From assembly GCA_965217585.1 (NCBI GenBank), contig OZ244561.1:7168001-7232000 (forward strand): 64,000 bases of DNA, written 5' to 3'. The notes below the pieces were generated by a model, which saw only the letters and a list, made by a program, of their open reading frames with translations, made no database searches and was not told the DNA's origin. Numbering within the stretch: the stretch's first letter is position 1; each line of letters starts with the position of its first letter. The position numbers and the translations under genes were made by a program. Origin of the DNA: Candidatus Latescibacterota bacterium. Its GTDB lineage: Bacteria; Latescibacterota; UBA2968; UBA8231. Below are positions 9,777-20,800 of the stretch, piece after piece.

Positions 9777-10247
9777 ATGACTTGGCTCGTCTTCGCTCTA
9801 CTCACCGTCTCTTGCTGGGGCCTCTACGGCGTCTTGTTGCACACTGGCCAAATCGCCATGGCCGACCCGGTAAATGGCCGCTACAAAGCCTTCCTCTTCG
9901 TCGGCTTGGCCTACCTGCTCACCGCGGTCTTCGGCTCGCTGATCGTCCTAGCCTACAACGGCGCGAGCTGGCTCTACCCGGCCAAGGGCGTCTTCTGGTC
10001 CACCGCCGCTGGCATCGCCGGAGCCATCGGCGCGTTGGGCGTCCTGCTTGCCTTCGGTGCCAAGGGGACCCCGGCAGTGGTCATGTCCATCGTCTTTGCC
10101 GGTGCACCCATCGTCAACGCGGTCGTCGCCGCGCTCGTGCATCCGCCCGCTGGCGGCTGGGCGGCCGTGCGCTGGCCCTTCGTCCTCGGCATCGTCTTGG
10201 CCGCCCTGGGAGGCTACCTAGTAACGTTCTTCCGCCCAGGCAACTGA
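9777..10247 (+). CDS. Hypothetical 5-TM membrane protein (DMT/EamA-like)
   Basis: Hydrophobic 156 aa with RBS; co-oriented with downstream operon. Confidence 0.65.
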   Translation: MTWLVFALLTVSCWGLYGVLLHTGQIAMADPVNGRYKAFLFVGLAYLLTAVFGSLIVLAYNGASWLYPAKGVFWSTAAGIAGAIGALGVLLAFGAKGTPAVVMSIVFAGAPIVNAVVAALVHPPAGGWAAVRWPFVLGIVLAALGGYLVTFFRPGN

Positions 10248-10248
10248 C

Positions 10249-10665
10249 GTGCCCGTCGAATTCCGCACCCGCCGCCGCGTCGAGTGGGCCGATACCGACC
10301 AAGCCGGCATCGTCCACTTTGCGCGCTTCTTCGTCTTCATGGAGGCCGCCGAGCACGCCTTCTGGCGCAGCTTGGGCCTGAGCGTCCACAGCCAACGCGA
10401 CGGCGACACCATTAGCTGGCCCCGCCTCGTCGCCGAATGCGAGTACTTCCGCCCCGTCGCCTTTGAAGACGTCCTCGACATCCAGCTACACCTCGACAAG
10501 CAGGGCGAGAAGTCCCTCAGCTTTCGTTTCGACTTCCACTGCGGCGGCGAACAGATAGCCCAAGGCCGACTCAAGGTCGCCTGTTGCGTCTGCAACCCAG
10601 GCGAGGCCATCCGCGCCATCCCCATCCCGGACTTTATCACCCGCAAACTGGCGGCGCATCCATGA
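10249..10665 (+). CDS. Acyl-CoA thioesterase (4HBT/YbgC hot-dog family)
   Basis: DTDQAGIVHFARF motif. Confidence 0.85.
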   Translation: MPVEFRTRRRVEWADTDQAGIVHFARFFVFMEAAEHAFWRSLGLSVHSQRDGDTISWPRLVAECEYFRPVAFEDVLDIQLHLDKQGEKSLSFRFDFHCGGEQIAQGRLKVACCVCNPGEAIRAIPIPDFITRKLAAHP

Positions 10666-11339
10666 ACGCAGCCCCGGCCCTCGCCGCAGCCGACGTCTGC
10701 AAACACTTCGCCCTCGGCGACCAGACCGTCGAAGTGCTGCGCGGCGTCTCGCTGTGCGCCGAGGAGGGTCAGTCCCTAGCGCTTATCGGTCCGTCCGGCT
10801 CGGGCAAGAGCACCTTGTTGCACCTGCTCGGCACCCTCGAACCTCCTACCTCGGGCCAGATCACCATCGGCGGCCAAGACCCGCTAGCTCTTCCCGAACC
10901 TCAACTCGCCCGCTTCCGCAACCAGCACATCGGCTTCGTCTTCCAAAACCACCACCTGCTGCCCCAGTACTCGGCCCTCGAAAACGCCCTAATCCCCACC
11001 CTCGCCTTTCCCCAAGCCGACCGGCGCGAGCGCGCCCGCGACCTTTTGACTGCCGTCGGTCTAGCAGAGCGCCTGCACCACCGCCCCGCTGAGCTGTCCG
11101 GCGGCGAGTGCCAGCGCGTAGCTGTAGCGCGCGCCTTGATCAACCAGCCCGGTCTCTTGCTCTGCGACGAGCCTACCGGCAGCCTTGACCGCCAGACAGC
11201 CGCCACCGTCGCCGACCTGCTCTTTGCGCTGCACCGCGCCGAACAAGCCGCCCTCGTCATCGCAACCCACGACCTCGAGCTAGCGGCGCGCTGCGACCAC
11301 CGCCTACATCTGCGCGAGGGGACGTGCGTCGAAGCCTAA
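10662..11339 (+). CDS. ABC transporter ATP-binding protein (LolD/MacB-like)
   Basis: GPSGSGKST, LSGGECQR, DEPTGSLD, ATHD; ATGA overlap. Confidence 0.92.
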   Translation: MNAAPALAAADVCKHFALGDQTVEVLRGVSLCAEEGQSLALIGPSGSGKSTLLHLLGTLEPPTSGQITIGGQDPLALPEPQLARFRNQHIGFVFQNHHLLPQYSALENALIPTLAFPQADRRERARDLLTAVGLAERLHHRPAELSGGECQRVAVARALINQPGLLLCDEPTGSLDRQTAATVADLLFALHRAEQAALVIATHDLELAARCDHRLHLREGTCVEA

Positions 11340-14300
11340 TCCACTACTGGCGGGTTCACTTAGGGTTGCTGCTGGGGACCGCTGTCGCCACAACCGCCCT
11401 GACCGGCGCACTCCTAGTCGGCGACTCCATGCGCGGCAGTCTGCGCGATTTGGCCTTAGAGCGCCTAGGCCGTATCGACTATGCACTGCTCGCCGCGCAC
11501 TTCTTCCGCAGCGATTTGGCCACCGCGCTGCCTGGGGGCCACGCGCCCGCCATCCTCCTCAACGGCAGCGTCCGCCACGCCGAGACCCAAGCGCTCGCTG
11601 CTGGCGTGCAAATCCAAGGCATCGACATCCGCTTCGCCGCGCTCTTCCCCGAGGGTGGCCCCGCCTTGCGCGACGCTCTCCAATCAACGCCGGACCAGCC
11701 GTTTCCCCCACTCGTCGTCAGCGCTTCGCTGCAACGCGCCCTCGATATTGAATTAGGCGACTCGGTGCTGCTTTCGTTGGAGCGCCCTAGCCCAACCTAC
11801 CGCGAATCCCTCTTTGGCCGCCGCGCTACCGGCGATATCGTCACCACCCTGCGCGTGGTGCTTACCGGCGTCTTACCCGACAGCGGGGCGGGGCGCTTTG
11901 GCCTGCGACTGCATCAGCATCTGCCGCTCAACGCATACCTCGACCTCCAGGCCCTCCAGCGCGCCCTCGGCCAACAGGATCGCGTCAACGCCCTGCTCAT
12001 CGCCGCGCCCGGCAGTCGGCACCAAGACCTGCAACACGCTCTCAGCCAACACCTGAGCCTTGCCGACCGCAAGCTAGACCTCGCGCTGCACACCAACTAC
12101 ATCGAGCTTACCAGCACCCGCTTTGTCCTCGACGACTCGACCCGCGCCGCCGCCTTGGCCAGCGGTGCCGCCCTACAGCTCCAAACCGCGACCTTCTCGA
12201 CCTATCTGGCCAACGCCATTACGGGCAATGGCCGCCAAGTTCCCTACTCAACCATTACCGCCCTCGACGATCCCACCGGCCTCTACCTCGCCGACGGACA
12301 GCCCGCGCCACCCCTCGCCGACGACGCCCTCTACCTCGACGCCTGGACGGCCCAAGACCTGGCCGCAACTCCCGGCGACTCCATCTCCCTGACCTATTAC
12401 GTCGTCGGCCCGCGCGAGGAACTTCGGACCAAGCAGACCCACTTCCGCCTCCAAGGAATTGTGCAGATGCGCGGCTTGGCCATTGACCCGACCTTGACGC
12501 CCGCCTATCCGGGATTGCAGGAAGAAGGCGACATGGCTGCCTGGGATGCGCCCTTCCCCATCGACATGGGCCAAATCCGCCCGCAGGACGAAGCCTACTG
12601 GGACCAGTACGGGGCCGCGCCTAAAGCCTTCGTCGCGGCCCATACAGGCCAGCGCCTCTGGCGCAGCCACCACGGTGCCCTAACTGCCATCCGCTTTTAT
12701 CCCCCCTCGCCCGCCCACTACCAAAGCCTGCGCCAAGATCTGCTAGCGCGCCTGTCTCCAGCGGCGACCGGCTTCTCCTTGCGCCCCGTTCGCCAAGAAG
12801 CCCTGCGGGCCGCAACCGGAGCCACGGACTTCAGCGGCCTTTTTATCGGTTTCAGTCTCTTCCTCATCGCCGCTGCCGCATTACTGGTGGTTCTGCTGTG
12901 CAAGTTCGGCCTTGAACAACGCGCGCGCGAAGCGGGCCTGCTGCTCGCCACCGGCTATCCGCTCGCCGCCGTGGCCCGGCGCTTCTTGGGCGAGGGCATC
13001 GCCTTGGCCGCACTGGGTGGGCTACTCGGCCTAGCCGGCGCTCCCCTCTACGCCTATCTAATGCTGGTCGGCTTGCACACCTTGTGGTTGGAGGCTATCG
13101 GCACGCCCTTCCTCCAGCTCCACGTTAGCTGGCTGAGCTTGGGAGTGGGCTATCTATCCACTTTGCTACTGGTCTCCCTGGCACTGTGGCGCACTGTGCA
13201 GCGCTTCCACCGGCTGCCCGTCCGCGCCCTGCTCGCCGGTACCCTCGACACTGCGCTGAGCCGACCACGCCGTCGCAGTGCCGTCTTCGCCGCGCTCGGT
13301 TTGGCCCTAGCCCTCACCTTGAGCGTCCTCGCTGGCACAGCCGACGCAGCCACGGCCGCGGCGCTTTTCTTAGGCAGCGGCACCGCAGCCCTTTTGGCGC
13401 TCTTGGCTTTGCTCGCAGTATGGTTGCGCGCTCCGACCGCGGGCCGCCTCAGTTCCAGCCTCAGCTTGGGCCTCTTCAACAGCACCCGCAAGCCCAGCCG
13501 CAGCACCCTCTGCACCTCTCTTGTCGCCTGCGCCACCTTTGTCATCGTCGCCGCCGGAGCCCACCGACGGGTCGAGTGGGCAGACGATCCTAACACGGGC
13601 GGCTTCGCGCTCATCGCCGAGGCAGAAATTCCCCTGCACCAAGACCTCAATAGCGCGGACGGGCGCTTTGAGTTAGGGCTGTCAACAGGCTTGGGCACCG
13701 CGCGATTTTTTCCCTTCCGCGTCCTGCCCGGCGACGACGTGAGCTGCCTGAACCTCTACCTGCCCCAGACCCCGCGCGTCCTCGGCGCACCGGCCGAGTT
13801 CGTCCAACGCGGCGGCTTGCCCTTCCGACAGACCCTCGCCCTGACGCCGGACGAGCACGCCAATCCCTATCGATTGCTCCAGCGCGATTTGGGGCCGGGC
13901 ATCGTCCCAGCCATCGGCGATTTTAATTCAGCGCAGTGGATTTTGCACAAGCGTCTGGGCGACGACATCCCGATTGCGGAGGGCTTAACTCTGCGGTTGG
14001 TCGGGCTGTTGGACGGCAGCCTATTCCAGAGCGAGTTGCTCATTGACGAGGATCGCTTCGCCGCGCACTTTCCCGCACGCGAAGGCTATGGCTACTTCCT
14101 AGTCGAAACGGAACAACCAGCCGCCATCGCCGCCGCGCTCGAAAAAGGGCTAGCGGCCTACGGCCTCGACGCCACCTTGAGCGCCGAGCGCCTCCGAGGC
14201 TACCGCGCCGTCGAAAACACGTATCTGGCGACCTTTCAGACGCTGGGCTTGCTCGGGCTGCTCTTGGGGACTCTCGGTTTGGGGATCCTCATTCTGCGCA

Positions 14301-14596
14301 ACGTCCTCGAGCGCAGTGGCGAGTTGGCGGCCTTGAGCGCCTGTGGCTTTCGCCGCGCCCGCCTAGGGGCGATGCTGCTCTACGAGCACGGCTTCCTCCT
14401 GCTAGCGGGCGAAGGGATAGGCAGCGTCGCCGCCCTCATCGCCGTGGCCCCCCGCCTCTTCGACCCCGCGCCCTTGCCTTGGGCCGCGCTGAGCATCTCG
14501 CTCGGCTTGGTCTTCGCCGCTGGCTTGTTGGCGTGTACTGTTGCGGCGCATTTGGCCCTGCGCCGCCCCCTGCTGGCGGCCCTCAAGGCCGAGTAG
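11324..14596 (+). CDS. Large ABC permease, duplicated FtsX/MacB-like
   Basis: Two FtsX-like TM blocks (EQRAREAGLLLATG, ERSGELAALSACG) with large periplasmic domains. Confidence 0.85.
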   Translation: MRRSLIHYWRVHLGLLLGTAVATTALTGALLVGDSMRGSLRDLALERLGRIDYALLAAHFFRSDLATALPGGHAPAILLNGSVRHAETQALAAGVQIQGIDIRFAALFPEGGPALRDALQSTPDQPFPPLVVSASLQRALDIELGDSVLLSLERPSPTYRESLFGRRATGDIVTTLRVVLTGVLPDSGAGRFGLRLHQHLPLNAYLDLQALQRALGQQDRVNALLIAAPGSRHQDLQHALSQHLSLADRKLDLALHTNYIELTSTRFVLDDSTRAAALASGAALQLQTATFSTYLANAITGNGRQVPYSTITALDDPTGLYLADGQPAPPLADDALYLDAWTAQDLAATPGDSISLTYYVVGPREELRTKQTHFRLQGIVQMRGLAIDPTLTPAYPGLQEEGDMAAWDAPFPIDMGQIRPQDEAYWDQYGAAPKAFVAAHTGQRLWRSHHGALTAIRFYPPSPAHYQSLRQDLLARLSPAATGFSLRPVRQEALRAATGATDFSGLFIGFSLFLIAAAALLVVLLCKFGLEQRAREAGLLLATGYPLAAVARRFLGEGIALAALGGLLGLAGAPLYAYLMLVGLHTLWLEAIGTPFLQLHVSWLSLGVGYLSTLLLVSLALWRTVQRFHRLPVRALLAGTLDTALSRPRRRSAVFAALGLALALTLSVLAGTADAATAAALFLGSGTAALLALLALLAVWLRAPTAGRLSSSLSLGLFNSTRKPSRSTLCTSLVACATFVIVAAGAHRRVEWADDPNTGGFALIAEAEIPLHQDLNSADGRFELGLSTGLGTARFFPFRVLPGDDVSCLNLYLPQTPRVLGAPAEFVQRGGLPFRQTLALTPDEHANPYRLLQRDLGPGIVPAIGDFNSAQWILHKRLGDDIPIAEGLTLRLVGLLDGSLFQSELLIDEDRFAAHFPAREGYGYFLVETEQPAAIAAALEKGLAAYGLDATLSAERLRGYRAVENTYLATFQTLGLLGLLLGTLGLGILILRNVLERSGELAALSACGFRRARLGAMLLYEHGFLLLAGEGIGSVAALIAVAPRLFDPAPLPWAALSISLGLVFAAGLLACTVAAHLALRRPLLAALKAE

Positions 14597-14805
14597 GCAA
14601 GGACCAGTGGTTAGAAGCCATCTCCTTTAGGGGACGGTAGCTTACAGAGACCAGTTCCTACGCTTGTCTAAACAACGGGCGACCCCCTGACGACGCGCTG
14701 GCACACCCCGCCTGAGCACAACCGATTGCGTTGCGCGCTTGCCACAAACCCCGATTTATTTGAACTTTAGCAGACACACACGTATTCGTAATTGGCCGAT
14801 GTCAA

Positions 14806-17800
14806 ATGATAGGACAGCGCTTGGTGCCGTGGCCCCATGTAGCGTCCAGGCCCAAGCTTTGGACGACAATTAATCTTCATAAGTCATTAATAAACAATGT
14901 TTTACCCCCCCCCCGAATTTTAGGGTCGCGGGGTCGCGCCAGAGTTGGGCCGGTGATTCCTTCAAATAAGGCTGTCAGGCCGGCCCGGCTCCCGCGGCTT
15001 CTCGCCCTCTCCGCCGCCGCCGCGGTGCTGCTCGTGCTCTCCGCCGCCCTTCCCGCCACGGCGCTGCCCCCCAGGCCGACGGGTTTCGCCGTGTCGAACG
15101 GCAACGGGCAGGTGACGCTCACCTGGGACGCGCCGGCGGAGGACGCGGATATCTGGCACCACGAGTACCGCTTCAAGACCACGGGCGACTACAACGAGTG
15201 GACGAAGATCGACGACAGCGGGGTGGGCAAGATCCACGAGGACTGGGTCGTGGTGACGGGCCTGACCAACGACGTGGCCTACACGTTCCAGTTGCGCATA
15301 GTGAACATAGACGGCAACGGCAACGGGGCGACGGCCGGTCCGGCGACGCCGAGGTCCGGCGTCTGCGGGCGCACCGAGCAGGTGCGGGACGCGATCGTGG
15401 CTGGGACCGCCGACCTCCGCGTGTCGGACTGCGCCGACGTGACGAGGGCGGACCTGGCCGGCGTGATGTCTCTGGATTTCGCCTCTGTTGTCATCAAGTC
15501 CCTGCAGCCGGGCGACTTCTCGGGCCTGACCGCGCTGAAGGATCTCACTCTGAGCGGCAACGAGCTCACCTCGCTTCCCGCCGGCGTGTTCTCCGACCTG
15601 ACCGCGCTGAAGGATCTCACTCTGAGCGACAACGAGCTCAGTTCGCTTCCCGTCGGCGCGTTCTCCGGCCTGACCGCGCTGACGGATCTCAATCTGGACC
15701 TCAACGAGCTCACCTCGCTTCCCGCCGGCGTGTTCTCCGGCCTGACCACGCTGAAGGATCTCCGTCTGGTCAGCAACAAGCTCAGTTCGCTTCCCGCCGG
15801 CGTGTTCTCCGGCCTGACCGCGCTGACGGATCTCTCTCTCTTCCGCAACAAGCTCACCTCGCTTCCCGCCGGCGTGTTCTCCGACCTGACCGCGCTGACG
15901 TTTCTCAATCTGGAATCCAACGAGCTCACCTCGCTTCCCGCCGGCGTGTTCTCCGGCCTGACCGTGCTGAGGGCTCTCCGTCTGCGTTACAACAAGCTCA
16001 GTTCGCTTCCCGCCGGTGTGTTCTCCCGCCTGACCGCGCTGACGGATCTCCGTCTGAGTTCCAACGAGTTCACCTCGCTTCCCGCCGGCGTGTTCTCCGG
16101 CCTGACCGCGCTGACGAATCTCTCTCTGATCGGCACCAAGCTCAGTTCGCTTCCCGCCGGCGTGTTCTCCGGCCTGACCGCGCTGACGTCGCTCTATCTG
16201 CGCGAAAACACCGTAGACCCGCTGCCGCTGACCGTGACGCTGGAGAGGAACCCGGATGCCGTCGAGATCCGCGCGGTGGTGCTGACCGCGGCGCCGTTCG
16301 CGGTTCCGCTGGTCGTGAGCGTGGCGAACGGCAGCCTCGCGGGCGGGGCGGCCACGATCACGGTCCCGATCGGTGCGCGGGAGAGCGCCTGGGTCGGGGT
16401 GACCCGCACGCCCGGCACGGCCGGGGCGGTGACCGCGGACATCGACCTGACCCCCCAGCCGATCCTGCCCGACAAACACGATGGCTATGAGTTCGTCAAG
16501 TCCGCGAGCGACCTGCCGCTGACGGTGCTGGACGTGCCGGGCGCGCCGGCTGCGCCGTCGGTGTCGGCCGCGTCGTCCTCCAGCCTGACGGTCATGTGGT
16601 CGGCGCCGGACGACGGGGGCTCGGCCATCACGGACTACGACGTGCAATACCGGGCAGGCACCAGCGGCGACTGGAGCGACGGGGGCCACACCGGCACGGC
16701 CACCACGGCGACGCTCACGGGCCTTTCGGCGAGCACGTCCTATCAGGTGCAGGTGCGGGCGACCAACGCCGACGGCACCGGCTCGTGGTCGGACTCGGGC
16801 AGCGGCAGGACGGAGGACGCCAACGCGGTCCCGACGTTCATGTCGCCGCCGGCGTTCGACGCGGCGGAAAACCAGACGGTGGCCGGCACGGTGGCGGCGA
16901 CCGACAGGGACGAGGAGGACAGCATCGAGGGCTACGCGATCACCGGCGGCGCAGACCGGAGTTTCTTCTCGATCGACGCGACGTCCGGGGAGCTGACGTT
17001 CGACGCGGCACCGAACTACGAGGACGCCAAGGACCTTGTGAGTGTCGATCCGGCCAATGCCGCCGGCAACAACCAATACGTGGTGGTAGTGACGGCGACC
17101 AGCGGCGCTGGGACACGGGAGAAGACGGCGACGCAGACGATCACGGTGAGAGTGACCGACGTGGACACCGAGGCACCGGGCAAGCCGGGCGCGCCGACGG
17201 TGACGCCGGCGTCGGTGTCGAAGCTGACGGTGAACTGGTCGGCGCCGGCCAACGCGGGCCCGGCGATCACCGACTACGACGTGCGCTACCGGGCGGGCAA
17301 CAGCGGGGGCTGGACGGACGGCAACCACAGCGGCGCCGCCGTCACGGCGACGCTCATGGGCCTGTCGGAGAACACCTCCTACCAGGTGCAGGTGCGGGCG
17401 ACCAACGCCGAGGGCACCGGCGCCTGGTCGAACGCGGGCAGCGGCACGACGGACGCCAACGCGGTGCCGACGTTCACCTCTTCGGCGACGTTCGACGCGG
17501 CGGAGAACCAGACTTCGGCGGGCGAGGTGGTGGCGACGGACTCCGACACGGGCGACGACATCACCGGCTACGCGATCACCGGCGGCGCGGACCGGGATTT
17601 CTTCTCGATCGGGGCGACGTCGGGGGCGCTGACGTTCGACGCGGCGCCCAACTACGAGGACGCGAAGGACCAGGGCAGCAACAACACCTACGTGGTGGAG
17701 GTTACGGCGACCAGCGGCGCGGGCGAGCGGGAGAAGACGGCGACGCAGACGATCACGGTGAGAGTGACCGACGTGGACACCGAGGCACCGGGCAAGCCGG

Positions 17801-20800
17801 ACGCGCCGGACGTGGAGGCGTCGTCGGTGTCGAGGCTGACGGTGAGCTGGTCGGCACCGTCCAACGCGGGTCCGGCGATCACGGACTACGACGTGCAGTA
17901 CCGGGCGGGCAACAGCGGGGGCTGGAGCGACGGCAACCACGACGGTACCGCCACCACGGCGACGCTTACGGGTCTGTCGGAGGACACGTCCTACCAGGTG
18001 CAGGTGCGGGCGACCAACGACGAGGGCACCGGCGCGTGGTCGAACGCGGGCAGCGGCACGACAGACGCCAACGCGGCACCGGCGTTCAGTTCCGATGATG
18101 CGTTCGACGCGGCGGAGAACCAGACGGTGGCGGGCACGGTGCTGGCGACGGACTCCGACGCGGGCGACAGCATCACGGGCTACGCGATCACGGGCGGCGC
18201 GGATGAGGCGTTCTTCTCCATCGGGGCGACGTCCGGGGCGCTGACGTTCAACTCGGCACCGAACTACGAGGACGCCAAGGACGATGGCACCAACAACGAC
18301 TACGTGGTCGAGGTGCAGGCGACCAGCGGCATGGGGGAGCGGGAGAAGACGGCGACGCAGACGATCACGGTGACGGTCACCGACGTAGGCGGCGAGGCGC
18401 CGGGCAAGCCGGCCGCGCCGACGGTGGCACCGGCGTCGGTGTCGAGGCTGACGGTGAACTGGTCGGCACCGACCAACGCGGGCCCGGCGATCACGGACTA
18501 CGACGTGCAATACCGGGCGGGCAACAGCGGGGACTGGAGCGACGGGGGCCACAACGGCACCGCCACCACGGCGACGCTGACGGGCCTGTCGGAGAACACG
18601 TCCTATCAGGTGCAGGTGCGGGCCACCAACGACGAGGGCACCGGCGCCTGGTCGAACGCGGGCAGCGGCACGACGGACGCCAACGCGGTGCCGACGTTCA
18701 CCTCTTCGGCGACGTTCGACGCGGCGGAGAACCAGACTTCGGCGGGCGAGGTGGTGGCGACGGACTCCGATGCGGACGACGACATCACCGGCTACGCGAT
18801 CACCGGCGGGGCGGACCGGGCGTTCTTCTCGATCGTGCCGGCGACGGGGGCGCTGACGTTCGACGCGGCACCGAACTACGAGGACGCCAAGGACGATGGC
18901 ACCAACAACACCTACGTGGTGGAGGTGACGGCGACCAGCGGCATGGGGGAGCGGGTGAAGACCGCCACCCAGACGATCACGGTGACGGTGACCGACGTGA
19001 GCGGCGAGGCGCCGGGCAAGCCGGACGCGCCGACGGTGGCGCCGGCGTCGGTGTCGAGGCTGACGGTGAACTGGTCGGCGCCATCGAACGCGGGTCCGGC
19101 CATCACCGACTACGACGTGCAGTACCGGGCGGGCACGAGCGGCGACTGGAGCGACGCGGGCCACACCGACACCGCCACCACGGCGACGCTCACGGGCCTT
19201 GCGGAGAACACGTCCTACCAGGTGCAGGTGCGGGCCACCAACGACGAGGGCATCGGCGCGTGGTCGGACGCGGGCAGCGGCAAGACGGACGCCAACGCGG
19301 CGCCGACGTTCAGCTCCGATGCGGCGTTCGACGCGGCGGAAAACCAGACCTCGGTCGGCACGGTCCAGGCTTCGGACAGCGACACGGAAGACGACATCGA
19401 GGGCTACGCGATCACCGGCGGGGCGGACCGGGATTTCTTCTCCATCGGGGCGACGTCCGGGGAGCTGACGTTCGACGCGGTGCCGAACTTCGAGGACGCC
19501 AAGGACATTGTGAGTGTCGATCCGGCCAATGCCGCCGGCAACAACCAATACGTGGTGGTAGTGACGGCGACCAGCGGCGCGGGGGAGCGGGAGAAGACGA
19601 CGACGCAGACGATCACGGTGACGGTCACCGACGTGGCCGGGGAGGCGCCGGGCAAGCCGGCCGCGCCGACGGTGACGCCGGCGTCGGTGTCGAGCCTTTC
19701 GGTGAACTGGTCGGCACCGGCCAACGCGGGCCCGGCCATCACCGACTACGACGTGCAATACCGGGAAGGCACCAGCGGGGGCTGGAGCGACGGGGGCCAC
19801 GCCGGCACCGCCATCACGGCGACGCTCACGGGCCTTGCGGAGAACACGTCCTACCAGGTGCAGGTGCGGGCCACCAACGACGAGGGCACCGGCGCGTGGT
19901 CGGAAGCGGGCAGCGGCACCACGGACGCCAACGCGGCGCCGACGTTCAGCTCCGATGCGGCGTTCGACGCGGCGGAAAACCAGACTTCGGCGGGCGAGGT
20001 GGTGGCGACGGACTCCGACGCGGGCGACGACATCACCGGCTACGCGATCACCGGCGGCGCGGACATGGATTTCTTCTCGATCGAGGCGACGGACGGGGCA
20101 CTGACGTTCAACTCGGCACCGAACTACGAGGACGCGAAGGACCAGGGCAGCAACAACACCTACGTGGTGGAGGTTACGGCGACCAGCGGCATGGGGGAGC
20201 GGGTGAAGACGGCGGAGCAGACGATCACGGTGACGGTGACCGATGTGAGCGGCGAGGCGCCGGGCAAGCCGGGCGCGCCGACGGTGACGACCGCGTCGGT
20301 GTCGAGCCTGACGGTGAACTGGTCGGCACCGTCGAACGCGGGCCCGGCCATCACCGACTACGACGTGCAGTACCGGGAAGGCACCAGCGGGGACTGGAGC
20401 GACGGCAACCACGCCGGCACCGCCACCACGGCGACGCTCACGGGCCTTGCGGAGAACACGTCGTATCAGGTGCAGGTGCGGGCCAAGAACGACGAGGGCA
20501 CCGGCGCCTGGTCGGACGCGGGCAGCGGCAAGACGGACGCCAACGCGGCACCGACGTTCACCTCTTCGGCGGAGTTCGACGCGGCGGAGAACCAGACTTC
20601 GGCGGGCGAGGTGGTGGCGACGGACTCCGATGCGGACGACGACATCACCGGCTACGCGATCACCGGCGGCGCGGACATGGATTTCTTCTCGATCGGGACG
20701 ACGTCGGGGGCACTGACGTTCGACGCGGTACCGAACTACGAGGACGCGAAGGACGATGGCACCAACAACACCTACGTGGTGGAGGTGACGGCGACCAGCG

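Noticed and set aside
14686-14697. CTGACGACGC as a possible left element end before the giant gene
   Set aside because: Needs a 2-bp deletion to match and has no flanking duplication
15499-16218. Regular 72-bp periodicity resembling a CRISPR array
   Set aside because: In-frame LRR coding repeats; no unique spacers and no cas genes
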